The position numbers and the translations under genes were made by a program. Shown piece by piece: positions 1-9,358 of a DNA stretch of 54,803 nucleotides; the first letter of the stretch is position 1; each line of letters starts with the position of its first letter. The notes under the pieces were generated by a model, which saw nothing but the letters and a program-made list of their open reading frames with translations, was not told the origin of the DNA and searched no databases. The stretch spans positions 1 to 54,803 of IMG/VR virus record IMGVR_UViG_3300037313_001570. One strand, written 5' to 3'. The DNA comes from a virus.

Positions 1-127
1 AAAAAAAAATAAAAATGGCACAGAATAATTCAAAGAATGAATTAAAAATGAAAATTTATTTAGAATTAAAAAAACAGAAGAATGACGCTAAACCAAGTAA
101 TAAATCGGATACAACAAATAAGTCTCA
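1..127. repeat. terminal direct overlap, copy 1; implies a circular or circularly permuted genome of 54,676 bp
   Basis: nt 1-127 (AAAAAAAAATAAAAATGGCACAG...AAATAAGTCTCA) read identically to nt 54677-54803. An overlap of 127 nt looks like an assembler k-mer overlap. Confidence 0.95.
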
Positions 128-531
128 ATCATCGCCAAATAAGAAATTTTTTCTACGGTAAGCCTACCGATTTTCTTACAGATAAGACTACATTGTATCC
201 TTCTGTTTTTTTACAAGAAAATGGTGGCTCTATTGATTCTAAAACTAAATCAACAACTTTTAAATTCATTCTATATATTGTAGATTTAGTACATGTTAGT
301 GAAGATCAAAAAGCAAATGAAACAGATGTTCAAAGCGATTGTACAAGTATTGGAGAAGATTTTCTCGCCGAATTTTCTCATAGCCAATTTACAGATTGGG
401 ATTTCTCAACATCGGCAGATTTTGTTTTTGTAGAAGAAGAACAAGATGATATGTATGCAGGAATCGCAATTAATTTATCAATTCGAACCCCTTATCAAAA
501 AGATATTTGTCAAGTTCCTAATTTTTCTTAA
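82..531 (+). CDS. hypothetical virion-module protein (149 aa)
   Basis: ATG ORF lying between the connector-like gene 54060-54662 (across the circular junction) and the fibre-like gene 541-2988. No motif recognised. Confidence 0.6.
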   Translation: MTLNQVINRIQQISLNHRQIRNFFYGKPTDFLTDKTTLYPSVFLQENGGSIDSKTKSTTFKFILYIVDLVHVSEDQKANETDVQSDCTSIGEDFLAEFSHSQFTDWDFSTSADFVFVEEEQDDMYAGIAINLSIRTPYQKDICQVPNFS

Positions 532-540
532 AACTAAAAT

Positions 541-2988
541 ATGAAAAGATTTATTTTAATTCTTCTTTTTTCTATACCCACTATTACAACTATCGCACAG
601 ATTACAAACGATTCTACAAAATATACATGGTACAAGACACAATATGGAATAAGAATTCCAAGATTATGGCCGGATAGTTTTTCTCATATTCCTTACGGAG
701 ATACAACGCAATACCATCCAGGGCCAAGTAAGTCTTATTTAATGATGCATACGGATAAAAAGATTTATGATTGGGATTCTACAAAATGGGTTCCCGTGAA
801 TCGTGCAACTCAATTAAATGACAGCGCATTTATCGTTGGTAAGGATACAATAATAATCAGAGGAACAGGTGGTTCCCAAAATTTACAACAAGTTACAGAT
901 AGGGGGTTAAAAACTACCGATTCTGTTTCACTAGGAGGATTACGAACAAAAAATATATTAACAGATACGTCTAATCAAAACGATTATACATGGGCTGTTC
1001 TTCCTGATTTACAATACATGACTTATCAGGATCAAAATGTATTGTATTCAATGTTTGATTTCTTAAAGAATAAAAAAGACAGCTTAAATCTTCAATCCGT
1101 ATTTCAGGTAGGAGATTTGACAGAATATGCTGGTGATGCAGAGTTTAGGCTAATAGACACGATGCTAAAAAAACTAGACACGGCTGGTATACCATGGACG
1201 GCTGCAATAGGTAATCATGATTTTAACGGTGGACTTACTTGTTCTGGTTCGAGTCAATGGAATGTATATATGCCTCAATTTTTATCATTGAATCCATTTT
1301 TTGGCGGAAATTATAATGGACTTTATAATAATTATTACACGAGGTTTTCATCCGGTGGTAAAGATTATATTGCCATTGCAACCGATTTAATGCCAGATGA
1401 TAGTGCATTAGCATATGGTCAAAGGATAATTGATTCGAATTTGAATAGACATGCTATAATAGTAACGCACGCCTATATAACATATTTCGGTGAAAAATCA
1501 AATGATACATCCGCATTTAATGCATTGGGTTATTGCAGAACTGGCGGTAATAATGGACAGGCCATGTGGGATAAGTTTGTAAAAAAGAATAAAACAATTG
1601 ATTTTGTTTTTTCTGGCCATTTCATAAAACCAACTTTTACATTAGGTGTGCCAGCGCCTCCGAAAGGTATATTTCAAACTGGCGAAAATGGTAATATAGT
1701 TTATCAAATGTTCCAAAACTGGCAGGATGATAGTTTGGGAGGCAACGGATATATGACATTAATAAATTTTCATCCGCGTCAAGGGACAGCCGATGTAACT
1801 TATTATAGTCCATATTTAAATAAATACGATAGCAGGTTTTTAGGATATTCAATCGATTACCCTGCGACGAATGCAAATACTGCACTGGGCGTTGCAAGAA
1901 ATTATGGCATGCTTTCAGTTGGCGGAAGAGCGACTTTTGAGGATAGTGTTTTCTTATCTCGATTTCCACGTGGCCGTGTACTTAGGACAAATAGAAACGG
2001 CATAATAGATACTGTTTCAAATGTTATGTGCGAAAACGGAAATATAGGTTTTGGAACATATTCGCCATCGTTTAAGATCGATGTTGTAGGAGAAATAAAA
2101 ACAGATTCAATAACAGGCGGCAACACTGCTTCAGACAGCCTAATATTATCATCTACATCGAACGCGGCTAAAGGATTTATTGGACTTGGCCCAAATGTGG
2201 CTATTACGGAATCTACAGGAAATATAGGTATAGGAACGAGAACACCGGGTGATGCAATGGTGCTTAATAGGGGCAATGCTACTTGGGGAATCAAATTAAA
2301 TAATAGTACCGCTGCTTCGGGTAATGCCACGCGATTCTATATGACAAATGATGGTGGTGAAACCGCGCAATTTTATCAGGGTTGGACAGGAAATACTTTT
2401 CTTGCTCATGGAGCAGTAGTTGGTGGCGGCGGAACAGGGGGGTTTGGAATCGCAACCAATGGTGGCCCGATTTACTTTTCAAAAAGTTTCGCAGTATCAG
2501 GTACAAATATATGGGCTACCATTGCAACAAATGGAAATTTTGGGATAGGGGCAGGATTAATAACCCCACTAGATAAATTACATGTTACCGGTACCGTAAG
2601 GATAACAGATACGCTCAAATTGCCTAATATAATTCAAAAAAGCATAGATACAACTAATCAAAAAATTGTCGTATCAGATGCAAGCGGGAATATATTAAAA
2701 AGTTATTGGCCGAGTTCTCCAACAACACTTAAAGGCATCTTATCTTCATATACGTTTCCATCCATATCTGGCGGAACAAGTACATCTACAACGGCTACAA
2801 TTACGGGAGCGGTTGCAGGTGATATGGTATTAATACAGGACTCGAGTGGCGGCGCTTTTACAGATGGAGAATTTTATGATGCAAGAGTTTCGGCTAATGA
2901 TACAGTAACTATACGAAGATCTTATACAGTGGCTGGCACTATTGCATCTTCTACTAGAACTTTTAATATCATGGTATTTAAATATTAA
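541..2988 (+). CDS. signal-peptide protein with calcineurin-like metallophosphoesterase domain and C-terminal fibre-type repeats
   Basis: Hydrophobic leader MKRFILILLFSIPTITTIAQ. Phosphoesterase motifs occur in the canonical order: GDLTEY, GNHDF, VTHAY, SGHF. Three repeats are present: GNIGFGTYSPSFKIDVVG, GNIGIGTRTPG, GNFGIGAGLITPLDKLHVTG. Confidence 0.75.
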   Translation: MKRFILILLFSIPTITTIAQITNDSTKYTWYKTQYGIRIPRLWPDSFSHIPYGDTTQYHPGPSKSYLMMHTDKKIYDWDSTKWVPVNRATQLNDSAFIVGKDTIIIRGTGGSQNLQQVTDRGLKTTDSVSLGGLRTKNILTDTSNQNDYTWAVLPDLQYMTYQDQNVLYSMFDFLKNKKDSLNLQSVFQVGDLTEYAGDAEFRLIDTMLKKLDTAGIPWTAAIGNHDFNGGLTCSGSSQWNVYMPQFLSLNPFFGGNYNGLYNNYYTRFSSGGKDYIAIATDLMPDDSALAYGQRIIDSNLNRHAIIVTHAYITYFGEKSNDTSAFNALGYCRTGGNNGQAMWDKFVKKNKTIDFVFSGHFIKPTFTLGVPAPPKGIFQTGENGNIVYQMFQNWQDDSLGGNGYMTLINFHPRQGTADVTYYSPYLNKYDSRFLGYSIDYPATNANTALGVARNYGMLSVGGRATFEDSVFLSRFPRGRVLRTNRNGIIDTVSNVMCENGNIGFGTYSPSFKIDVVGEIKTDSITGGNTASDSLILSSTSNAAKGFIGLGPNVAITESTGNIGIGTRTPGDAMVLNRGNATWGIKLNNSTAASGNATRFYMTNDGGETAQFYQGWTGNTFLAHGAVVGGGGTGGFGIATNGGPIYFSKSFAVSGTNIWATIATNGNFGIGAGLITPLDKLHVTGTVRITDTLKLPNIIQKSIDTTNQKIVVSDASGNILKSYWPSSPTTLKGILSSYTFPSISGGTSTSTTATITGAVAGDMVLIQDSSGGAFTDGEFYDARVSANDTVTIRRSYTVAGTIASSTRTFNIMVFKY

Positions 2989-3028
2989 TCATTTACTTCT
3001 TAATCCGGCCGAATTTAAATCGCCAAAA

Positions 3029-3298
3029 ATGAACATTTTTGTTATGGCAATGACACAAGAGCAGATGGAGAAAAAATTAATAGGTGTAGACGAAAAAGTA
3101 TCGACTATTCTCGATTTGTTGCAAGGAAATAAAATTAATAAAAATGATACAGGAATGGTTGGGGTAGTCGATGACCACGAAGAAAGGTTAACAACTTTAG
3201 AAAGATCTTATGATCGTTTAAAATGGATGATTATAGGGATGGGAGCTCCTGCTGGTATAGGGATTATAGAAATGCTCAAAAAAATATTCATTAAATAA
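3029..3298 (+). CDS. small C-terminally membrane-anchored protein (lysis-cassette candidate)
   Basis: Track ORF 2942-3298 overlaps the upstream gene; the first ATG clear of it is at 3029. C-terminal TM segment WMIIGMGAPAGIGII. Confidence 0.5.
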   Translation: MNIFVMAMTQEQMEKKLIGVDEKVSTILDLLQGNKINKNDTGMVGVVDDHEERLTTLERSYDRLKWMIIGMGAPAGIGIIEMLKKIFIK

Positions 3299-3316
3299 AT
3301 AAAAGAATATAATTGT

Positions 3317-3559
3317 ATGTGGCAAAAGCTAAGTAAATTACCGGTTCAAATTATTGCCGGGATTATAATTGTTATCTTTTCGTATGGTATTTTATACCTT
3401 CTGGCATTCAAAGAAATTCCAGAAAAAAATCATGATGTAATAATCGCATTAATTTCTGGTGTTATAGGTCAATGTCTAACTCCTGTTATGGGTTGGCTGT
3501 ATACTATTAGCAAAGGGAATATGCAACAACAAAAAAACGAAAATGAAAATCAATCTTAA
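3317..3559 (+). CDS. holin-like two-TM protein (80 aa)
   Basis: Two hydrophobic helices (VQIIAGIIIVIFSYGILYLLAF and VIIALISGVIGQCLTPVMGWLY) and a polar tail, located upstream of the endolysin. Confidence 0.5.
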   Translation: MWQKLSKLPVQIIAGIIIVIFSYGILYLLAFKEIPEKNHDVIIALISGVIGQCLTPVMGWLYTISKGNMQQQKNENENQS

Positions 3560-4244
3560 AATTATAAAAAATATATCGCAACTATTCTTAGTTGCGATTA
3601 TTGTTTTGAGCTATATTATATTCATGACTGATAGTTGTAAAAAACATTCGTATATTAAAATACCAGAAGTAAATACCACGCAGAAAATAATTGATAGCAT
3701 AACAATTATTTCTAAAATTAAGGATGAAAAACATATTCAAGATAGTATATATTATTCGTTAGAGAAGGAAAAGTTTTCAAAACAATTGGATAGTACAAAA
3801 AAATTATTATTTGCTTCTCGTGATAAGATAAATTATTATAATAATCAATTAAAAATTGCTGATCTAAAATTAGATACAAGTTCTTTTTATAATTATTGTG
3901 ATAGTTTAGCAAATGAATCATATTTAATGTCCGAGAAATTAACTTATTTTATTTTTCAAAACGATAGTCTAAAAAAAATAAACGATAGCATAAGTATAAC
4001 ACAACAACAAAGACTCGAAGAAAGGAATTATATAATAAGTGTTATGCATAATGCGCAGGCTAATTTTAATCTAAAATACGACTCTCTTGCTTCTGCATAT
4101 AATAAAGCTATAGAAAAAAATAATATGCAATATAATATAGGAATTGGTGGTGCGATTGGATTAACAAATATTGGTACACCTGGAGCAGTTGTTGGGATAG
4201 TGGTTAGTAAAAATATAGCTCGGTTTTCATTATCTAAAAAATAA
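3543..4244 (+). CDS. N-terminally anchored coiled-coil protein (spanin-like candidate)
   Basis: N-terminal TM segment ISQLFLVAIIVLSYIIFM followed by Cys, a long polar/coiled region, and a Gly-rich hydrophobic C-terminus. Confidence 0.5.
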   Translation: MKINLKIIKNISQLFLVAIIVLSYIIFMTDSCKKHSYIKIPEVNTTQKIIDSITIISKIKDEKHIQDSIYYSLEKEKFSKQLDSTKKLLFASRDKINYYNNQLKIADLKLDTSSFYNYCDSLANESYLMSEKLTYFIFQNDSLKKINDSISITQQQRLEERNYIISVMHNAQANFNLKYDSLASAYNKAIEKNNMQYNIGIGGAIGLTNIGTPGAVVGIVVSKNIARFSLSKK

Positions 4245-4254
4245 ATTAAATTTT

Positions 4255-4584
4255 ATGTCTAACACAAGAAAAGAATGGGCAAATATGTCCTCCGATGAAA
4301 AATTTGTACAAATTTTTGTAAATATCTTTTGCAATTTCGTCTGGGTGTTTGCGTTGCATTTTATGTATTTCGATTCAACAAGTGATGCATGGGCTATTGT
4401 TCATCCAACAACATTCGCAGATATTATAGGAACAGCATTCTTAATATGGTGCTGCTTCTGGCTTTCTGGTGTTTGGGGATATGTAATAAAGGCGGAAGAC
4501 GACGACAACCCTATTTTAGGAACCATTACAAAAGTTTCTTGGGCATTGGGCGTTATTGGAGTATTTTTAATTTGTTTACTTTGA
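4255..4584 (+). CDS. membrane protein (about 3 TM)
   Basis: ATG ORF with three hydrophobic segments, inside the lysis cassette. Confidence 0.55.
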   Translation: MSNTRKEWANMSSDEKFVQIFVNIFCNFVWVFALHFMYFDSTSDAWAIVHPTTFADIIGTAFLIWCCFWLSGVWGYVIKAEDDDNPILGTITKVSWALGVIGVFLICLL

Positions 4585-5015
4585 TTCGATTTTTCATAAA
4601 CCAATTCATTCTTGCCTGCTTTAATCTTCTTAATGCAAAGATTGATGCAGGCAAGATATTTAAGAATATTCATATTGTGCATGGTTTAAATGGAGCTGCG
4701 TATATTTCTTTCACGTGCATTTTGTATTATCTTTCAAACAAACCAGAATTAAACTGGCATCTTTTCCCATATATCGATTTTATTCTTTTCTTATTTAGTT
4801 CTTTTTTTCAAAGACAAATAACTTTTGATATCCCATTAAATTTAGATCGTGGATTAGATTGGGATTACGTAACTCCAGAAAAACCACCAAAGGCAATAAT
4901 GGATAGGATAGAAATTAGGGTATTTGGATATAATGGCAGAGCTCCTATTTTTATTTATTCTTTATGCTGGTTATCGATTTCAATCATTTATATATGCACC
5001 CAATTATATTCATAG
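4581..5015 (+). CDS. membrane protein, probable TTG start overlapping the upstream stop (TTGA)
   Basis: Track ORF 4389-5015 overlaps 4255-4584 out of frame. The in-frame TTG at 4581 overlaps the TGA at 4582-4584. There is no in-frame ATG until far downstream. Several TM segments are present. Confidence 0.4.
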   Translation: MIRFFINQFILACFNLLNAKIDAGKIFKNIHIVHGLNGAAYISFTCILYYLSNKPELNWHLFPYIDFILFLFSSFFQRQITFDIPLNLDRGLDWDYVTPEKPPKAIMDRIEIRVFGYNGRAPIFIYSLCWLSISIIYICTQLYS

Positions 5016-5060
5016 GCATAATGGATTTAATTTCTTTTGTAACTTTTTTAATTCTTCTTT

Positions 5061-5663
5061 ATGGTAGACGGAAAATACAATAATAAAATCTTCTTCGATA
5101 AAATCTCCCAACTATTCCAACATGGTTTTTTGGAAAGCCAAGTAGAAGGAATAGGAACAATTATTGAAGGTTTTTTTAAATTCGGCCTTACAGATGAAAG
5201 ATGGTTGGCTTATATGCTAGGAACCGTATATCATGAAACATCAAAAACAATGTTCCCATTACAAGAATATGGTAAAGGGGCTGGGCATAATTACGGGAAG
5301 AAAATAAAAATGTCTGGCAGAGCATATGCGTCGCCGGATGAGATTTATTTTGGCCGTGGTTTTATTCAGCTTACTTGGTATGAAAATTATGAGATGATGG
5401 GAAGGCTTTTAGGAATCGATTTATTAAACAATCCAGAGCTTGCATTACATCCAAGTATATCCGCGCAAATCATGTTTGAAGGAATGACAAAAGGCCATAG
5501 CTCTTTTGGCGATTTCACTGGGAAATGCTTAGAGATGTATTTTAATGAAGAAGTATGCGATTGGGTTAATGCAAGAAAAATTATTAATGGGTTAGATTGC
5601 TCTGAAAAAATCGCAGAATATTCTAAAATATTCTATACAGCATTAACAGAATCAAAAATATAA
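5061..5663 (+). CDS. endolysin, glycoside hydrolase family 19-like
   Basis: AYMLGTVYHETSKTM ... YFGRGFIQLTWYENY matches the GH19 catalytic Glu region and the GRG-IQLT-x-NY signature. The gene follows the membrane-protein cassette. Confidence 0.85.
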   Translation: MVDGKYNNKIFFDKISQLFQHGFLESQVEGIGTIIEGFFKFGLTDERWLAYMLGTVYHETSKTMFPLQEYGKGAGHNYGKKIKMSGRAYASPDEIYFGRGFIQLTWYENYEMMGRLLGIDLLNNPELALHPSISAQIMFEGMTKGHSSFGDFTGKCLEMYFNEEVCDWVNARKIINGLDCSEKIAEYSKIFYTALTESKI

Positions 5664-5708
5664 AAAAACTCTTTTCTGGTTTGCGGATTGTCTTGTTTTT
5701 AATTTGAA

Positions 5709-5739
5709 GTTGTTGCATTTCCATGCGACAACTTTTTTT
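5709..5739 (+). terminator. rho-independent terminator after the endolysin
   Basis: GTTGTTGC (5709-5716) pairs with GCGACAAC (5725-5732) with one G-U pair, an 8-nt loop, then T7 (5733-5739). Confidence 0.7.
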
Positions 5740-5799
5740 ATCCATTTTCTTTTTTATTTGTGTTACAAATGTATGTACCTTTAATATAAATGTAACACG

Positions 5800-5979
5800 A
5801 TGGCAACAGTGAAAAAAACAGATCATGTATCCGGAAGAGTTAGCGCAGATGCTGTAAAAAATATTACAATGATAAGCGAAGTAATGAAATGGAGTTTTAA
5901 TCAAACTTTAGAGGAGGCAATGCTTCGATTAAAATTAGAAGATATAGTTATTGAAATCTCAAAACAAAACAAGAAATAA
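5800..5979 (+). CDS. small ORF (59 aa), possibly a ribbon-helix-helix-type regulator
   Basis: ATG at 5800, TAA at 5977-5979, below the ORF-track cutoff. Translates to MATVKKTDHVSGRVSADAVKNITMISEVMKWSFNQTLEEAMLRL (strand-helix-helix pattern). Its stop abuts the next ATG at 5981. Confidence 0.35.
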   Translation: MATVKKTDHVSGRVSADAVKNITMISEVMKWSFNQTLEEAMLRLKLEDIVIEISKQNKK

Positions 5980-5980
5980 T

Positions 5981-6832
5981 ATGCAACTTCAAAAAGCATC
6001 TCGAAAGAAGGTAAAAATAAAAATGTCTATCTCTTCTCCAACAGGTTTTGGGAAAACATATTCTGCTCTTCTTTTGGCATATGGCATAACAAATAACTGG
6101 GAAAAAATTTGTGTAATCGATACAGAAAATCGGTCTGCTGCATTATACGAACATTTAGGTTCTTTTTATACAATTGAAATGAACCCGCCTTTTAACATTA
6201 ATGAATTAGAAAAGGCGTTTAGAATGTGTATCGATGCAGGAATTGAAGTTATAATAGTGGATAGCGCATACCATTTCTGGCAATCTGTTTTAGATTATGT
6301 AGATTCGCTTGGAAGCGGATATCAAAATTGGAAAAAAGGTAGTCCTGTTTGGCAGAAATTTATTAACCTTATTCTTCAAACAGACATACACGTTATTTCC
6401 ACGATTAGAAAAAAACAGGCATACGCGATGGTTCAAGATGGAAATAAAACAAAAGTGGAAAAGAAAGGTCTGGAAGATCAAGTACGGGATGGTTTTGATT
6501 ACGAAATGACAATTGCATTTGATTTAATAAATGATATGCACCTTGCTAAAGCAATGAAAGATAGAACAAGGTTATTTGATGGAAAGCAAGAGTTTATTAT
6601 TACAGCCGAAACTGGAAAACAAATACGAGAGTGGTGCGAACTTTGCAAAGAGCCAGAAAAACAAAAACCTACGATAAGCGACAATGCATTTGCACAAGCT
6701 ATTGCAAGAATACAAAAAGGAGAATCTTTATTTGATAAATTAAACGAATCTTTTAATTTATCAGATGAACAAAAAACTCTAATTGCAGAAGAGATGGATA
6801 AATACCTTAAAAGACAAGCAGGGGAGGATTAA
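5981..6832 (+). CDS. AAA/RecA-like ATPase (Sak4/AAA_24-like)
   Basis: Walker A SSPTGFGKTYS and Walker B-like VIIVDSAYHFW. The ATG at 5981 is preferred over the TTG at 5951. Confidence 0.7.
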   Translation: MQLQKASRKKVKIKMSISSPTGFGKTYSALLLAYGITNNWEKICVIDTENRSAALYEHLGSFYTIEMNPPFNINELEKAFRMCIDAGIEVIIVDSAYHFWQSVLDYVDSLGSGYQNWKKGSPVWQKFINLILQTDIHVISTIRKKQAYAMVQDGNKTKVEKKGLEDQVRDGFDYEMTIAFDLINDMHLAKAMKDRTRLFDGKQEFIITAETGKQIREWCELCKEPEKQKPTISDNAFAQAIARIQKGESLFDKLNESFNLSDEQKTLIAEEMDKYLKRQAGED

Positions 6833-6922
6833 TTATGGGTAGCGAAGAATTATACCACTATTACAACGAGTTAGAATATAACCAACGATTGCCAAAACAT
6901 CTTCAAAATAAAAATCAAAACA

Positions 6923-7918
6923 ATGAAGAAGAAAACTATAGAAAAAGTATTAAACCAAAAGTTCAGCAATTGGATAGAAACGATAAAGGACGAGAGTGTG
7001 AAAAAACTTGTCCAAAGTAATACAATCATTACAGGCGGTTGTATTGCTTCTATGTTATTAAAAGAACAAATAAATGACTTTGATATTTATTTTACAAATA
7101 AGGAAACGGTGATAGCTGTTGCGAAATATTATGTAGCTCAATTTAAAAATTCACCACATCTTCATAAAGAAGGGAAAGAAATAACAATTGAAGTTATTGA
7201 TTGCGATAATGCAAATCAAAGACAGCAAAATGTAATCGGTGTTTCAAATACAGATCCAGGACGCGTTAAAATTCATATTAAGAGTGCTGGTATTGTTGGA
7301 GCGAAATGGGAAGATAATTATCAATATTTCGAGAATAGGCCACAAGAAGAAGCTGATGATTATGTCGATTCAATTACTGGGCAAATTTCGGAACAAGATG
7401 AAATTATAATTAATACAGAATCCCAAGAGAAATATCGTCCGGTTTTTCTTTCTGCAAATGCAATTACTCTTAGTAATCAAGTTCAAGTGGTGTTGCGCTT
7501 CTATGGAGATCCAGAAACAATACATCAGCATTATGACTACATACATTGCACGAATTACTGGTTGAGTTCTACAGGAAAATTAACTTTGAAACAAGCTGCA
7601 TTAGAATCATTGTTTGCAAAAGAGCTTGTCTATGTTGGTAGCAAATATCCAATCTGTTCTATAATTCGTACAAGAAAATTTATTAAACGTGGTTGGACAA
7701 TTAATGCGGGCCAATATCTTAAAATGTGCTTCCAGATTAGCAAACTTGATTTAGAAAATTTGGATGTATTAGAAGATCAATTAATAGGAGTAGATGCTGC
7801 ATATTTTGGGCAATTAATTGACGGTTTAAATAATCATGCAGAAAATTTAAAATCGGATGGTAAAGAATTTAAGCTAGATTACGGATATCTTGCTACTATA
7901 ATTGATAAGATATTTTGA
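6923..7918 (+). CDS. hypothetical protein, possible nucleotidyltransferase-fold N-terminus
   Basis: ITGGCIASMLLKEQINDFDIYF resembles a GG...DxD pol-beta-type NTase motif. This is a weak call. Confidence 0.55.
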   Translation: MKKKTIEKVLNQKFSNWIETIKDESVKKLVQSNTIITGGCIASMLLKEQINDFDIYFTNKETVIAVAKYYVAQFKNSPHLHKEGKEITIEVIDCDNANQRQQNVIGVSNTDPGRVKIHIKSAGIVGAKWEDNYQYFENRPQEEADDYVDSITGQISEQDEIIINTESQEKYRPVFLSANAITLSNQVQVVLRFYGDPETIHQHYDYIHCTNYWLSSTGKLTLKQAALESLFAKELVYVGSKYPICSIIRTRKFIKRGWTINAGQYLKMCFQISKLDLENLDVLEDQLIGVDAAYFGQLIDGLNNHAENLKSDGKEFKLDYGYLATIIDKIF

Positions 7919-8166
7919 TGTCGCATAAAATTATTCAATACTTTAAATCTATTGGTATAAACGAATTCAAGGTAATGTTTGCGCTATATAATATAGAGGA
8001 TAGCGAAGATTGGCCTTGGATTCGTTTATATAATAGAGTTATCCCAATTACAAAGAATGAATTTATTCATAAACGTTGGAATGATTTTTGCGCTTATGTA
8101 AATAATCATAAAGAACTTTATTATAAATATTTCAGCAATGACAAAAGTAAAATCGATCTTCGTTAA
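7915..8166 (+). CDS. hypothetical protein (83 aa)
   Basis: ATG ORF whose ATGA overlaps the upstream stop. Confidence 0.55.
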   Translation: MMSHKIIQYFKSIGINEFKVMFALYNIEDSEDWPWIRLYNRVIPITKNEFIHKRWNDFCAYVNNHKELYYKYFSNDKSKIDLR

Positions 8167-9358
8167 AAATCTTCGCGCAATAAACAGCGAGAATCTACAA
8201 TTAAATGGCTGTACTGCTATTATATTGGGCGGTAATAATAAAGGTAAGACAACTCTTACTAAAGCATTAATCGAACGTTTGCGCGGCATTAAACCAGAAC
8301 ATATATTAAAACAAGGAGAAGCAAATGGAATGTATGTAATGGAGCTTACGAATGGGGATAAATTAGAATGGACTGTAAACGGAACGAAAGAAAAATTAAA
8401 ATTAATCACTCCTAATAACGTAACGCATTCTATTACAAAAGAAATTTCTTCTTACTATTTCCCTAAAGGGTTTGATGTTGATAAGTTTCTTAATGAAACT
8501 CCAAGCGAGCAAAGAAAAGCACTTCAACGAATTTCAGGTTTAGACTTCAGCGATGTTGATAAACGTTATAAAGAAGCATATGAAAATCGAACATATGCAA
8601 ACAAGCGTCTGCAAGAAGAAAAGGCAAAGGAAATTCTTTTCGAACCGCATTGGGCAGAAACACTTAATGAAGAAGAAATATTGAATTTAGAAAAAGAAAT
8701 TAATAGTATTGAAGCTCATAATCTTCAATATAAAAACATCCAGGAGAAAGTTGAAGAAAAAAAGTCCAATTGCATTGCAGCAGAAAAATTAATAAGAGAA
8801 TATGAAGAAAAAATTGCCGCAATACAAATTGGGTTATCAGAGACAAAATTGGAAATTAAGAAAGGAGAAGAATGGCTCAACAGAGAAGATAAAAAACCGA
8901 AAGACGAAAAATATAAAAACGATCTAAAAGAAAAGCTCATTGATAAAATCGAAAACGAAGAAGCAATTAAGCGAAAAAAAGAATTAGAAAAAGCAGAACA
9001 AAATGCGATTGTTTGCGAGGAAGAAATACAAACAATATTGCGAGATAAAGACGAAATGATTCGCCTTGCAGATATGCCTGAAGGTTTTGAATTTGATGAT
9101 ATTACAGGAGGAATTAAATACAATGGATTCCCTTTTGATAAGAAAAATCTATCCAGTTCTGCGATATATATAGGGGCGCTTAAGCTCGCAGCAAAAACAC
9201 TCGGCGAAGTTCGTACAATCCATTTTGACGCGAGTTATTTGGACAAAAATAGCTTATCGCAGATTGCGGATTGGGCTGAAAAAAATAACTTGCAATTATT
9301 AATTGAGCGGCCAGATTACGAAGGCGGAGAAATAAGATACGAAATTATTGAAGATTAA
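8138..9358 (+). CDS. SMC/Rad50/SbcC-like coiled-coil ATPase
   Basis: Walker A ILGGNNKGKTTL, a long central E/K-rich coiled coil, and C-terminal IHFDASYLD (Walker B/D-loop-like). Confidence 0.65.
   Translation: MTKVKSIFVKNLRAINSENLQLNGCTAIILGGNNKGKTTLTKALIERLRGIKPEHILKQGEANGMYVMELTNGDKLEWTVNGTKEKLKLITPNNVTHSITKEISSYYFPKGFDVDKFLNETPSEQRKALQRISGLDFSDVDKRYKEAYENRTYANKRLQEEKAKEILFEPHWAETLNEEEILNLEKEINSIEAHNLQYKNIQEKVEEKKSNCIAAEKLIREYEEKIAAIQIGLSETKLEIKKGEEWLNREDKKPKDEKYKNDLKEKLIDKIENEEAIKRKKELEKAEQNAIVCEEEIQTILRDKDEMIRLADMPEGFEFDDITGGIKYNGFPFDKKNLSSSAIYIGALKLAAKTLGEVRTIHFDASYLDKNSLSQIADWAEKNNLQLLIERPDYEGGEIRYEIIED

Noticed and set aside
16-162. 48-aa ORF (MAQNNSKNELKMKIYLELKK...) in the terminal repeat region
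   Set aside because: Low-complexity K/N-rich translation that overlaps the better-supported ORF 82-531. The region is probably intergenic A-rich leader sequence.
1637-2506. Minus-strand ORFs (1637-1969, 1902-2330, 2291-2506) and the + ORF 2382-2576
   Set aside because: All lie inside the 815-aa gene 541-2988, have junk-like composition and lack any gene context. They are shadow frames of a real gene. The same reasoning applies to every other minus-strand ORF in the track.
4389-4580. N-terminal 64 codons of track ORF 4389-5015
   Set aside because: They overlap gene 4255-4584 out of frame. The more parsimonious start is the TTG at 4581, which overlaps the upstream TGA.
6835-7020. 61-aa ORF overlapping the start of gene 6923-7918 by 98 nt
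   Set aside because: Low-complexity N/K/E-rich translation. The 6923 ORF has a coherent N-terminus from its first ATG. There is no slippery site to suggest a frameshift. It may be spurious or only partly real.
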